Assembly (NCBI GenBank): GCA_025594325.1
Contig: JANHCV010000004.1
Span: forward strand, 682,001-746,000
DNA length: 64,000 nucleotides
Origin: Blastocladiella emersonii ATCC 22665
Lineage: Eukaryota > Fungi > Blastocladiomycota
Direction: 5' to 3'
Numbering within the stretch: position 1 is the stretch's first letter; each line of letters begins with the position of its first letter. Under the pieces are notes generated by a model, which was not told the DNA's origin, searched no databases, and was given only the letters and a program-made list of their open reading frames with translations. Positions 34,319 through 44,805 of the stretch are shown here, piece after piece. A program made the translations under genes and the position numbers.

Positions 34319-35587
34319 TCAAAACATACGCATCGAGCTGGTACCGTGCATTGCGTCCGAGGGCGTCGATGTGCCGCTCGCCATCGTGCTCGCAAAGTCG
34401 ACCGCGCTCGTTGACGTGCTCGCGCTGGGCATGGCGGAGACCGCGCCCGTCAACGTGCTCGCGCTGGGCATGGCGGCGACCGCGGGCCATCGCCGCCCAC
34501 CGCGCTTGAGCCGCTCCAACTGCACCTCGTCTCCCTGCGCTGCGGCTTCAACGCGGTCGTCCTGCGCGCAATCCACCGTGACGTGTTCGCCAATGTCATG
34601 CCCGCAACTTGGACGTGACCCGTCGTGTTGGCCTCACCGGTCTCGGTGCGCGAATCTGGCGGCGGCGAGCAAGGCGAGTATGCCAACAACGACGACGTGT
34701 AGGCACAGCGCACGAATGCGGTTGCGACAACGTCGGTCCTCGTTACGCTCCTGCTTCACATCATGCGCGCGCCTAGCTGCACAACGTCGTCGGGAGGATC
34801 ATCGATGCAGCGTTGAGATACATCGCATCGTGCAGAATGTCGTGGCTCGCTGGTCGCGGGTGGAGTCCGAGATCCGTGCGGAGTGGCGCGATGCAGCGAC
34901 GGCCAGCATGGTGTAGACGCGCGGCGAGCCTTTGGTGGAGTGTGCGAAGACGACGACAACGAGTAGGATTGCAGAATGCGAGGTGTATTGGACGGGTTCT
35001 TCAAGGCTTAGCGCCAGGTTCGGGGTACCCCGAGAGCACAGGCGGGAGGTTGCCGAGGTTCGCGTGCAGCGTCTCGAGCTCGCGGACGAACGAGACGACA
35101 GCGCTACAGCGGGAGGTCAGTTCGGAGCTCCTGAATCCGCGTGACGAGCGTGCGTACCCTTGTTCGGCTCGCGGCACCTCGATGGTGTGCTTGCGAGCGT
35201 GGTGGGCCATGAGCACGCTGGCAATGTCATCGGTGCGTTCGGCCAGGTCCCTGACGTGCCCGTGTACCGCGCGGATGGTCTTTTCCCGCTCGTCTACGAC
35301 ACGGCCTCAGTATCGTCCTGGTCCTGTCGGCGTGGGAGCAGCAGCGTACCCGCGGACGGACCCTGCGCCTGGACAGCTCGGACCTCCTCGTCAATCGCTG
35401 ACCGGTGCGCAGCTACCTCAGCGTCCAGCTGCGTCTGGTGGGCGGCACTCTTCTCGCGGAGCTCCGTTATCCACGACGGCTCTGGAGGCGCGGGCCGGTC
35501 GGCTCGCGGGTCGGCGCCGAGGAGCCGCAGGACCTGGCGCGCGGACAGGCGGTCAGAAACAGCAACTTCACGGCCCGACAAGGACAC
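34319..35587 (-). pseudogene. Decayed coiled-coil-like ORF remnant
   Basis: Coding-like fragments (ELREKSAAHQTQLDAEVAAHRSAIDEEVRAV; KTIRAVHGHVRDLAERTDDIASVL) in shifting frames with stops. Confidence 0.35.
34401..34484 (+). repeat. 39-bp-period tandem duplication (ACGTGCTCGCGCTGGGCATGGCGG core)
   Basis: Core starts at 34414 and at 34453. Confidence 0.85.
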
Positions 35588-35814
35588 TCACGTCGATTCC
35601 AGGCAGTTTTTGCGATGCATGTTCATCGGAGTTCATTGCAGCGAGTCCAAGTGAGCGGCGGGCCAGTGTTCCGAACGCGCGCGCGCAAGGGGTCGTCAGA
35701 GCGACCGACCGCCGGCCGCGTGTGGCGGGGCTGAGCTCCGCGGCTCAAAAGGTGTGGCCGCCCCCCGCCTCCACCCGGCTCTCCCTCATCACCCTCATCA
35801 CACAACGTAAACCC

Positions 35815-36747
35815 ATGAACACTCCGACCGTGACCAAGACCAAGACCGCGGCTGCCCCGCGCAAGCGCGCGCGCACGACCAAGTCCAAGGCGCCGCCGAC
35901 GGGCCCCGCGCTGCCGACGCGCCCGCCGCCGGCGCTCCCGACCGCGGTGTGGCGGTGCGTGCTCGGGCACCTGGACCGCTCGTCGTACGGCGACCTGCTG
36001 CTGCTGCGCGGCGTGTCGCGCGGGTGGCGCGACGTGGTCGAGACGCAGCTCGACGGCGTGCACCGTCGGTTCCTCGCCCGCCTGGGCGTGACGGAGCTCG
36101 CCGAGGCCGGGTTCCGCACCAAGACGGGCAAGCCGAGCAAGCGCAAGCCCAAGGCGGGCGAGGGCGCGGTGCCGACTGCCGCCTTCAACACGGTGGTCGT
36201 GAACGCCAAGGCGCGGTGCTTCGAGTGCGGCGAGAAGCGGCCGGCGAACCTGCTCTTCTACCGCGTCACGCCGCCGACGGCGACCGAGGGCGGGAAACGC
36301 TGGCAGCAGTGCCTCGCGTGCCGCGTCCAGCGCGCGCTCGCCGACCCGTCCAAGGGCACGCCCATCTCCTTCTCCAAGACGTCCAAGGGGCCCAAGAACG
36401 CGTCCGCGACCGAGATCACCCGGTCCTCGGCCATGCAGGACCTCGGGATTCCCGGCCAGATCCTCGACTTCCTCCCCGAGCGCTCGGCCCGCAACAACCA
36501 CCCGGCCGCCCGCGGACCCATGAAGCTGTTCAAGCTCGGCCACATCCGCAAGGTCGTCTTTGAGCTCACGGGCGGCAGCATGGAGCCCGTCGTCATGGAG
36601 CGCATGCACGGCTACGTCTCGTTCATCCAGGGGTCCCGCTTCAACTTTGACTTTTCAAAGTCGACCCGCAAGTCCAAGTCGAGCGGCACCGCGGCCGCTG
36701 CCGCCGCTGGGGCTGCGGCTGGCGGTGAGGCGGCCGCCGAGGAGTGA
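35815..36747 (+). CDS. F-box protein with a CxxC...CxxC zinc finger and an XPA-C-like domain
   Basis: F-box ALPTAVWRCVLGHLD...LLLLRGVSRGWRDVV. Zinc finger CFECG...CLAC. ITRSSAMQDLGI...LP...NNHPAARGPMKLF resembles the XPA C-terminal motif. Intact, with high GC3. Confidence 0.75.
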   Translation: MNTPTVTKTKTAAAPRKRARTTKSKAPPTGPALPTRPPPALPTAVWRCVLGHLDRSSYGDLLLLRGVSRGWRDVVETQLDGVHRRFLARLGVTELAEAGFRTKTGKPSKRKPKAGEGAVPTAAFNTVVVNAKARCFECGEKRPANLLFYRVTPPTATEGGKRWQQCLACRVQRALADPSKGTPISFSKTSKGPKNASATEITRSSAMQDLGIPGQILDFLPERSARNNHPAARGPMKLFKLGHIRKVVFELTGGSMEPVVMERMHGYVSFIQGSRFNFDFSKSTRKSKSSGTAAAAAAGAAAGGEAAAEE

Positions 36748-37648
36748 TGTCGAGAGTGGTCGTTGTTGTGATTGCGTGCTCCTCGTGGTTGAGAAGAGAT
36801 TTCATGTATCAATACTCGTTTCCATCATCATCGTCACAACGCTTCTACTCTAGCCGATTGCCGATCGCGGTGCTGTTGACGGACGAGTCGATGCACGAAC
36901 TGACGCTCACCTCAACGAGCTGATCAACGCCATGAGCGTGATGAAGTAGCGGTCAAAGAGCGAGATCGTCGAGCTGAGTGAATACCCAGAGACCGAGCAG
37001 GACAATTCTAGTGAAGAAGAGCTTGATGTCTCCGGGCCGCCTCAAAAGCAGCGTCGATAGGCCAAAGCTGCGGCTGTTGCGATCCATAACCGCTCAGTGC
37101 ACACCTGCGCTGCTTCGCGTGACTCGTCATCGACCGTGGTCGCACGAGAGCCGATGTCCTAGCGTACCGAGACGGCGACGGCGGCGGCCGTGGCGCGGCT
37201 CCCTCACGATTGCGTGGCCAGCATTTCGGAGCGTACCTCGCCGCGGACCCGCTTCGATACACTCGACCAGCGGTTCCGCCGCGGGACCGAGATCTTGCGC
37301 ATTTTGATGCGGTTCACGTCGAAGCGGTGCTGCGGCAGCCAACCCGGCGAAGGGAACCTGCCCTGGCTGAAGCCAAGGTGTGGCGCAACGCGATCACGCG
37401 AGCCGAGGCACGCGGATCTGTTTGCTGTTGGGAAACCTGACTCACTCAGCCCTGTATTCCTGAACGAGAGCGGTCCTTGACCGCTTCGCGCATGGGTCGT
37501 ACTCAGCCACACGAAACGAAGTTCTTGATCGCCTTCGTAGTCATCATGTCCTAGCCAGCCACAGCTACCCGCTGAGAGAGCGATGGCGCACGATGATGAA
37601 CCAGCAAAGCAAATCTATGAGCAAACACGACCCAAATCTATCTCACCA

Positions 37649-39920
37649 TCACTTGTACGCCTTCTCGATCTCGGTCTTGTACTTTTCGAGGATGGTGCGG
37701 CGCTGGAGCTTCATGGCGGCCGTGAGGTACCCGCTGATCGGGGTCCACTCCTCGTCGGCGAGGACGATCGCCTGGACGATCTCGGCGGGGGCAAACTTGT
37801 TGCGCTTGGCGATCGTCTTGAGGTCAGAGAGGACCGCGTCGGCGATGAGCTTCTGGTGACACAGCTGCTCCCACGAGTCGAATGCGATCCCCGCGTCGCG
37901 GGCGACGGCCTCGATGGCGGCGGGAATCGGCTGGACGATAGCGATCGGGTAGGTGCGCAGCGAGTCAGCGTAGACGCAGATGCGGCCGACGAGCTTGGAG
38001 TCGCCGTAGACGGCCTCGAGCTTCTCGAGGGCAATATACTCGCCGTGGGCGAGCTTGACGAGGTTCTTCTTGCGGTCGATGATCTGCAGCGTGCCGTTCT
38101 CCGGGTGGAACTGCGCCACGTCGCCCGTCATGAGCCAGCCGTCGGCCGTCAGCGTCTCGTGGGTGAGCTCGGGCTGGTTGAAGTAGCCGCGCATGACGGC
38201 GGGCCCGCGGACCCACACCTCGCCGCGCGGCGGATCGGCGCGCGCGAGGTACCCGCCCTCGGGCACGTCGACGAGCATGAGCTCGCAGCACGGGACCGGC
38301 GGGCCGATCGACTTGGTGTGAAACGCGATCTCGGACGAGTACAGCGCGGCCATGCCGCACCCCTCGGTCCCGCCGTACCCCTGCTTCATGGGCGAGATGA
38401 CCGTTGACAGGAACACCTGCGTCTCCTCGGCGATGGGCGCCCCGCCCGACAGCGCGAACCGCACGCACCCGCCGACCTGCGCCTTGACCTTGTTGAGCAC
38501 GAGCGCGTCCGCGAGCGACCCGACCAGGGGCACGCCGGAGAAGACCGACAGCTTCTTGAGCGCGCAGGCGGCCCAGAACACGCGCTGCACGAGCGGCGGC
38601 ATCGCGGCGACCTTGCCGAGAATGCCCTTGGTAATGAGCCCGAACACGGACGGAACCCCGATGATGATGGTCGGCTTGAGCGTGACCAGGTCGCCCTCGC
38701 AGTTGCGCATCGACGCGCCCGTCAGCGTCTTGGGCGAGCTGTACCCGATGCGCGCGCCGATCCACGTGAGGTAGCTTTCGACGACAAAGGCGAGGATGTG
38801 AGCGAGAGGCAAAAAGGCAACGATGACATCGTCGCTCGTGAGCTCGCCGTTGAGCGACCCATGCACTCCCGCCACCGCCGCAACGACGTTGGCGTGGGTC
38901 AGGATCACGCCCTTGGGGTTGCCCGTCGACCCGCTCGTGTACATGATGCACGCGACGTCGTCGGCCTTGGGCGCGCGCACGGCGCACGGGTGCGCGACGC
39001 CGAGCGCCATGACCTCGTCGAGCGTGTACAGAGCGAGCTTGCGGCCGGCCTCGGCGGCGGTCGCGCGCAGCGCGTCGAGGTGCGCCGGCTTGGCGTCGCC
39101 AAAGTACACGACCGTGTGCAGGTGCGTGGTCTCGGCGAAGACGCACGTCAGCGTCGGCAGCAGCTGCGCGCCCATGCACACGACGGGGATCTGCGGCTCG
39201 TTGAGCGACCACAGCAGGCCGGACTCGCCGAGGGTCTACGAGACGAGTTCGTGTGAGCGCGACGCTCGGATGAGCGGGTGGAGGAGCGGAAAACGCACGT
39301 CATAGGCGGTGGCGATGGTCATGTTGACCGAGAAGCAACCGTGCGCGAACAGTCGCCACTCGGCACTAGAGATTCACGACAAGAGTCAGCCAACGCCACA
39401 CACCGTGACGATCCACGTCAACGTACGAGGTCTGGGCGTAGATACACGCCCTGTCGCCGACATTGAACCCGAGCTTGACGAGCCCGGCGCCGATCTCGAG
39501 CGAGCGGTCGAGGAACTCCTGGGTGGTGATCCACTGGTAGTCGCTCATCTCGTAGAACTGCCACGTCTTCATCTCCTTGACCTCGTTCCCGGCGACGACC
39601 TTGGTCACGAGCTTCTCCTCCTCGTGGACGCGCAGCAGCTTGCGCGACCCGAGCATGGGCCGGTCGCCCTTGGTGCGCGCGGCCGAGACGAGCAGCTCGT
39701 GGACCGTGGTGACGGCCGGGTCGGGCGTCGCGTACAGCGCGTCCTTGGCCCGGTAGTGCCGGTACCGCGGCGAGTGCGTCGGGTTGTCGGACGGCAGCGT
39801 CACCACGATCTTGCTGCCCTTGCCGCCGCGACGGAACAGCACGAGCGACACGACGGCGAGCGCCGCGAGGAGAGCGAGCGCAGGGGACTGGTACTGCTCC
39901 ACGCTCGAGGAGAGGGTCAT
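37649..39920 (-). CDS. Long-chain fatty acyl-CoA synthetase (Faa1/ACSL3-like)
   Basis: N-terminal TM anchor, IMYTSGSTGNPKGV, FLPLAHI, QGYGGTE, TGDVAQF, IIDRKKNLVKLAHGEYIALEKLE. Introns 39366-39426 and 39236-39298. Confidence 0.97.
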
Positions 39921-40885
39921 GGTGGTGGTGGCGGTGGTGTGGAAGCGCGGTGGAAGCCGTCGAGAAGGGAGGATGGAAGGAACAACGGGCTGCTGCTGAG
40001 ATTTGCGGGGGACGGGGCGGCGGGCCGCTGGGTTTTATGTGGGTGCGGTTCGGCGGAGGGCGTCGAGCAACGTGGGCGGCGACGACGAGTTGGGCGTCGA
40101 GCGTTGGGGCCTGATCTCGCAGCTGGGTCCTGCATCAAGGACCGGCTCCACAACGAGGCCCCAGGCGGCGGCGGAGCGCGATAAAACCATCGGCCGCATG
40201 ACAAGCGGAGCGGCGGAGCGCAAGCGATGATGGTGGACCCATGCTGTGGTTTCACGACGACGTGCGCGGTCCACACTGCGAGCAGGCAGAGTTGCGACGG
40301 CGCGAGTGGGGCGGGCGGCCATGCATTGCGGCGCGGCGGCGAAACATAATGCAGCAAGTCGCGCGGGTGCTCGATGTGAGATGCATAGGGTCGCTGGGCG
40401 GAGGGAGCGGAGCGGAGACGAGACGTGCGCTGCGTCGTGAGCGTCGAGCGCGTTGCGCGGGTCGGGTCGCGCGGCCCGGCTTGTTCGGAACAGCCGGGGG
40501 TTGGTCGCCCGCCGCGTGAGTGGCGCAACGCGTCCTCCTTCCGCCCCTCCTCGCGCTCCCGATGGTATGGGTTCAAATTTACTCCTAACGCTTACGGCAT
40601 CGTGACTACTGGCTAAGCGCCTTGTTTAGCGCGTACAGGGCGTACGAGAGGACGTCGAGCTTGTGCAGGGCGCGAACGTGTGATGCTCAACGAGACGGCG
40701 CTCGGTCATGGGAGTCATGGCCGAGGAGAACCTCGGCTCTTACTTTGCAATCTTGCGCGGCAGCTTGTGGGTGCGGACCGCGCGTGGGCTGCCGATGCGG
40801 CGGCCGTAGCGGAGCAGGTGCCCGATCAGGACGGGGGCGCCGTTGCTTACTGAACCGTTTCTGGCACTACCGCCGCGTGGATTAG

Positions 40886-41270
40886 TTCATATTGCCGAGG
40901 CCGGTGCGGTTAGACTCGAGCGCGGTCGCCACTTCGGCCGCGACGTTGGCCTGGATCTTGTCGGCGACCAGGCGCGAAGGATGCAGGGCCTGTGACCGTC
41001 GTCAGTCGTGTACGTCAAGACCGTACTGCGCACTCGACTTGCATGAGCGGCACGACCTGAGGCACGCGCAGACCTTGTGCTGGAAGGCGTGCAAGGAGAT
41101 GTCTTTGAAGCACTGCTTCAGTGCATCCTTGGCCCGCGCCACGTTGAGCGGGAGCTCGTACATTATGGCGAGGGCTTCGGCGAGCTCTCCGTCCGATGGT
41201 GACAACAAGCGGTCGCGGGTCGGGCATCGGCATGTAGCGTGGCGGTTGTTGACAAGCGGGATCGACTCGT
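40886..41270 (-). pseudogene. Short decayed Cys-containing ORF remnant
   Basis: LAEALAIMYELPLNVARAKDALKQCF...VCACLRSCRSC; the frame continues past an in-frame TGA (~41002) to TAA (~40886). Confidence 0.3.
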
Positions 41271-41408
41271 TAGAGGCTTAAACTGACGAATCTTACAACG
41301 ACGAAAGTCACTTACGTTTGGGGATCGAGATATATGAAGCAAACCACGAGTTCGCCGCGAAAAAATGGGATTGGTTTTGACGCGGAGCAGAAAAATGAAA
41401 GGGTCGCA

Positions 41409-41480
41409 GGGACTGTGGCCAAGTGGTAAGGTGTCCGCTTTGGGTGCGGAAGATCCCGGGTTCGATCCCCGGCTGTCCCC
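41409..41480 (+). tRNA. tRNA-Pro(UGG)
   Basis: Acceptor GGGACTG/CTGTCCC (one U-U mismatch), D arm TGGCCAAGTGGTAAGG, anticodon stem TCCGC-TT-TGG-GT-GCGGA, T loop GGTTCGATCC. Confidence 0.95.
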
Positions 41481-41484
41481 TTTT
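41481..41484 (+). terminator. Pol III T-run terminator after tRNA-Pro
   Basis: TTTT immediately after the discriminator base. Confidence 0.7.
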
Positions 41485-42002
41485 CGTGCCGTAGGCATCG
41501 CGTTTTGCCTTGATTTGTAGTCCTGAGAGCTACATGAGGATGGGAAGGATGATCTTTTGGTGCACGAACAACGAGAAGTCGTCCAAGCAACCGTGAAAAG
41601 ACTGCGCGGCCTGTGGTGCAAAGCGTTGATCTAACTGCAAGTGATCCTATCAATCATTCTAAACGTGAGAAAGAATCGCGCTGTGCGAGCTTGCGGGTCT
41701 TGCAGTGCAGGACCCGTCACGGTTCGTCGCATTGCGCGTCCCAGAAGTCCTCTCCATCGCTCAGGCGGACGATCTGAAACGCGCGCTGCGGCCCGCAGTT
41801 GACCGCAGCCGCCCATGAGTGAGCGCGTCGCGCCGCAACTTGTTCCAAGTACGGCACAGTCACGCTGACCGCACCCCGCAGCGATGCAAGCCGGCCCTAT
41901 TCTTGCCGCACGGACGTCGAGTGCCAGCGTCGTACAAGAGCGGCCGTGTCCCCGCCCTGTCCTTGCCCTCACCCTCACCACGAAACCCGCTACGCTATCT
42001 CC

Positions 42003-42506
42003 ATGGATCAGTGCACCCCGATCCACGTCCAAGACGTTCAGACCCAGCAGCAGTCCCAGGCACCGACGCAATGGAACGACGCGCTGGGCGCTCAGCAGCA
42101 GCAGCAGCAATCTCAGACCCAGTCCGAGTGGGGAACCGCAGTTGACGCGACCCAGATCCAGTCGCAGTGGCAAGGACAGCAGCAGCCGCAGGGCGGCGAC
42201 GTGTTCCAGTCTCAGGCTCAGTCCCAGTGGGGAGGCCAGTGGGGTAGCCATCACTCGTTTGACAGCCTCACGGGCGGGGACCACCACTCGTTCGGTGGTG
42301 GGCTTCAAGGGGGCAGCAGCGGGAGCCCGCTCGACGGCCTCCATGGCAGCAGCGGCCGCCCACTCGACAACCTCCACGGCAGCAGTGATCGCCCGCTCGA
42401 CAACCTCCACGCGTCGAGTGACAGCCCGCTTGACAATCTCCACGGAAGCAGCCTCGTCGCCGATGCGGGCGGCGCTTCAGGGATCGGCAGCAACAGCATC
42501 TACTGA
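42003..42506 (+). CDS. Small Gln/Gly/Ser-rich repeat protein (QxQW motifs plus 4x 11-aa repeat)
   Basis: CCATGG start, single exon, host-like codon usage. Motifs TQW/SEW/SQW and GSSG(S/R)PLD(G/N)LH. Confidence 0.7.
   Translation: MDQCTPIHVQDVQTQQQSQAPTQWNDALGAQQQQQQSQTQSEWGTAVDATQIQSQWQGQQQPQGGDVFQSQAQSQWGGQWGSHHSFDSLTGGDHHSFGGGLQGGSSGSPLDGLHGSSGRPLDNLHGSSDRPLDNLHASSDSPLDNLHGSSLVADAGGASGIGSNSIY
42312..42452 (+). repeat. 33-bp coding tandem repeat, 4.3 copies
   Basis: Units start at 42312, 42345, 42378 and 42411. Confidence 0.9.
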
Positions 42507-42739
42507 TGGACGCCTCCGTCGTCTTGCAGCGACTTGCGTGAATATACAATCTGTCTTTCATATGCACTGTTCCTGTGGTTGAGTCGGAAGGGAGAGGGTA
42601 CGAGACGCGCGAGAGCTCGAGCGAGCGCGTGCACCCATCGGAAGGCAGGCTCAGGAGCACTCGACCGGGCGTGCTCGTCTCGTTCGCCCTCGTCGTCCCC
42701 GCTCTTCGCCCTCCTCGTCAACCCATGTAACTAGCCATC

Positions 42740-44497
42740 ATGCTTGCAGGCGACTCTATGCAACACATGCACCAACCGGCCCTCGATGCCCTGCCCAAGC
42801 CTGCTCGCGCTTCGCTGCAGCAGTTCCTTGACGGCCGCTCGACCGCGCGCCTTCGCGCAACGTGCCGCAGTCTCTCCGTCCTCTCGCTTGATCGCTTCGC
42901 GGATGCGCGCTTCAACTGGTACCTTCGCAACGAGCGTCACCGCTGGGTGACGGATATCGCCACGAACGCCGTCCGCGTGGACGAGCGCGGCGAGCGCATC
43001 TCGGTCCTCAACCTGCTGCTCGACTCGGCGCGCATCAACCCGCTGGCTCACGGTGGCCAGGCTCTCAGCCTCGCTGCCCGCAACAGCGACTTGGCTGTCC
43101 TCCGCCGATTCCTCATCGACCCCCAGAACCGCTTCCTGGGCCGCTCCAAGACGGCCTCGGCCCACAAGCGAAACTTTGACGACCTGGCCCACCTCCACAA
43201 GCGCGCCCTCGCCGCCGCCGTCGATCACGCTAAGCAGATTGTCGCTCGCGACGGCCGTGCCGCGCTGCACGCGACCATCCGAATGTTTGTGGCACACTCG
43301 TTTGCGGCCTGGAGCTCGATTGCCCTCGAGCACTACGACCTCTTTGCCGCCGCGCTTACTGACCAGGACACTTCGCTCGAGCCGATCCCGCACTTTGACG
43401 TCACCCAGGCCAAGTTCCTCGGCCGCTCGACCGACGACATTTCCACTGCGGACTAGTGGGCTTCTCTGGTCGAGGTCTACAAGCTCTGCTCGGTCTTTTG
43501 CGCCGCCGCCCTTCTTGGCGACGTCGCCCAGGTCAAGCCGCTGATTGCTCACGTTCGTCGCGTCGGCAAGGCGACTTTCGGCGGTCGCTGGACTCAGCCG
43601 TGCGAGGACGCCGTCTTCCTGGCACTGCGCGGCGACAAGGACCAGCTGATTCGCGAGCTTGGCCGCGACGACGTTGGCGTCGTGATTTTCTCGGCCGGCA
43701 TGAACCTCCCGCCGCCCTTCACGCGCCACGACCGCGAGTACCACCTGCTTTCGCTCGCGATTCGCTACGGCGCAGTCAAGAGTCTCCGTTACCTCGACCC
43801 CGTCGTGAGTCCCGACATGGACCCCGCGATTCTCGTCGACGCCCTCAACGGAACCAACGTCGAGGTCGTGCGCAACCTGCTTCGCGCGATCCTCAGTCTT
43901 GACGACCAGAGCGGCCTCGATATCGACCCGGCCGTGTTCGCGTACGTTCCCTGCGCCGTCGCGCGGTACTTCACCGAGCTGAATGGGTATCTGAACCACG
44001 ACGCGATGCGCGTGGTCATCGAGCTGACCCCGAAGGACGTGCTGCTCGCGGCGAACTTGGCCTACGGCACCGATATCGTCTCCGTGCTCGCCGAGGCGAA
44101 GGCCGAGTCCCTGCTCCGCTTGCTTCGCGACTTTGACGGGTTCGAGGACCTTGTGCGGTCCAGCACCGAGGACGACAAGCTTCCCAAGGGCGACCTGGTC
44201 AAGTGGCTTCTCGACGCGACCCGCGCCAACGGCGGCATCTGCCCGATTGGCCTCGACGAGGGCGAGCTCCCCGGCGATTTCCGCGACGAGTACATCGAGA
44301 ACGACTTTGAGCGCATGTTCAGCATGATGTCGTCGGGCAGCGCCATGCAGCACGCCCAGTCCTTAGGCATGGGCGGCGTGGGCTCGTTCGGCATGGGCGG
44401 TGGCATGGGCGGTGCTCCTGGGCCCGGCATGATCTACGCGGGCCCCGGATTCGGCTGGGTCCCCGTCGACGACGAGGAGTACAGCGACTACGAGTAG
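42740..44497 (+). pseudogene. F-box-like + ankyrin-like protein, tandem copy 1; one in-frame TAG at 43454-43456
   Basis: LDALPKPARASLQQFLD..LRATCRSL and INPLAHGGQALSLAARNSDLAVLRRFL. The frame continues after TAG (WASLVEVYKLCSVFCAAALLGDVAQV) into ORF 43682-44497. Confidence 0.8.
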
Positions 44498-44805
44498 CGG
44501 ACGAGTGCGGCACCAGGCGTGCGTCGCTGGGCTCAACTCAAGGAGCCAGTTTTGCGAGTTTTGTAAAGTCTCTAATGAAGGGGCAAACAGTTTTGCTCTA
44601 TAAAAAGTTCATTAATACACCTATCCTATCCTATTATTTTTGCGAAGACTCAAGCAGAGTTGGGAGCAGGTCGACTGATGACGCGCCGCGCCACACTGCT
44701 GGCCCCACGCGACTCCGAGCGGGAAACGCTTTGCGCGTCGTTCACGACTCCTGGGGCCGACGCTTCGTCTCCACCCGCATCCTTCGTTCCACGAAACTAG
44801 CCAGA

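Noticed and set aside
36854-37560. Gene in the region between the F-box-XPA gene and the acyl-CoA synthetase
   Set aside because: Only short stop-riddled fragments with no identifiable family; at most a decayed remnant.
33521-43456. Nuclear reassignment of TAG to Gln
   Set aside because: Conserved genes in the window (GTR2, ZNF830-like, bystin-independent examples) terminate at TAG in the expected places and have no internal TAGs.
43390-43456. Intron removing the TAG in F-box/ankyrin copy 1
   Set aside because: No good donor upstream, and the segment is conserved as coding sequence in copy 2.
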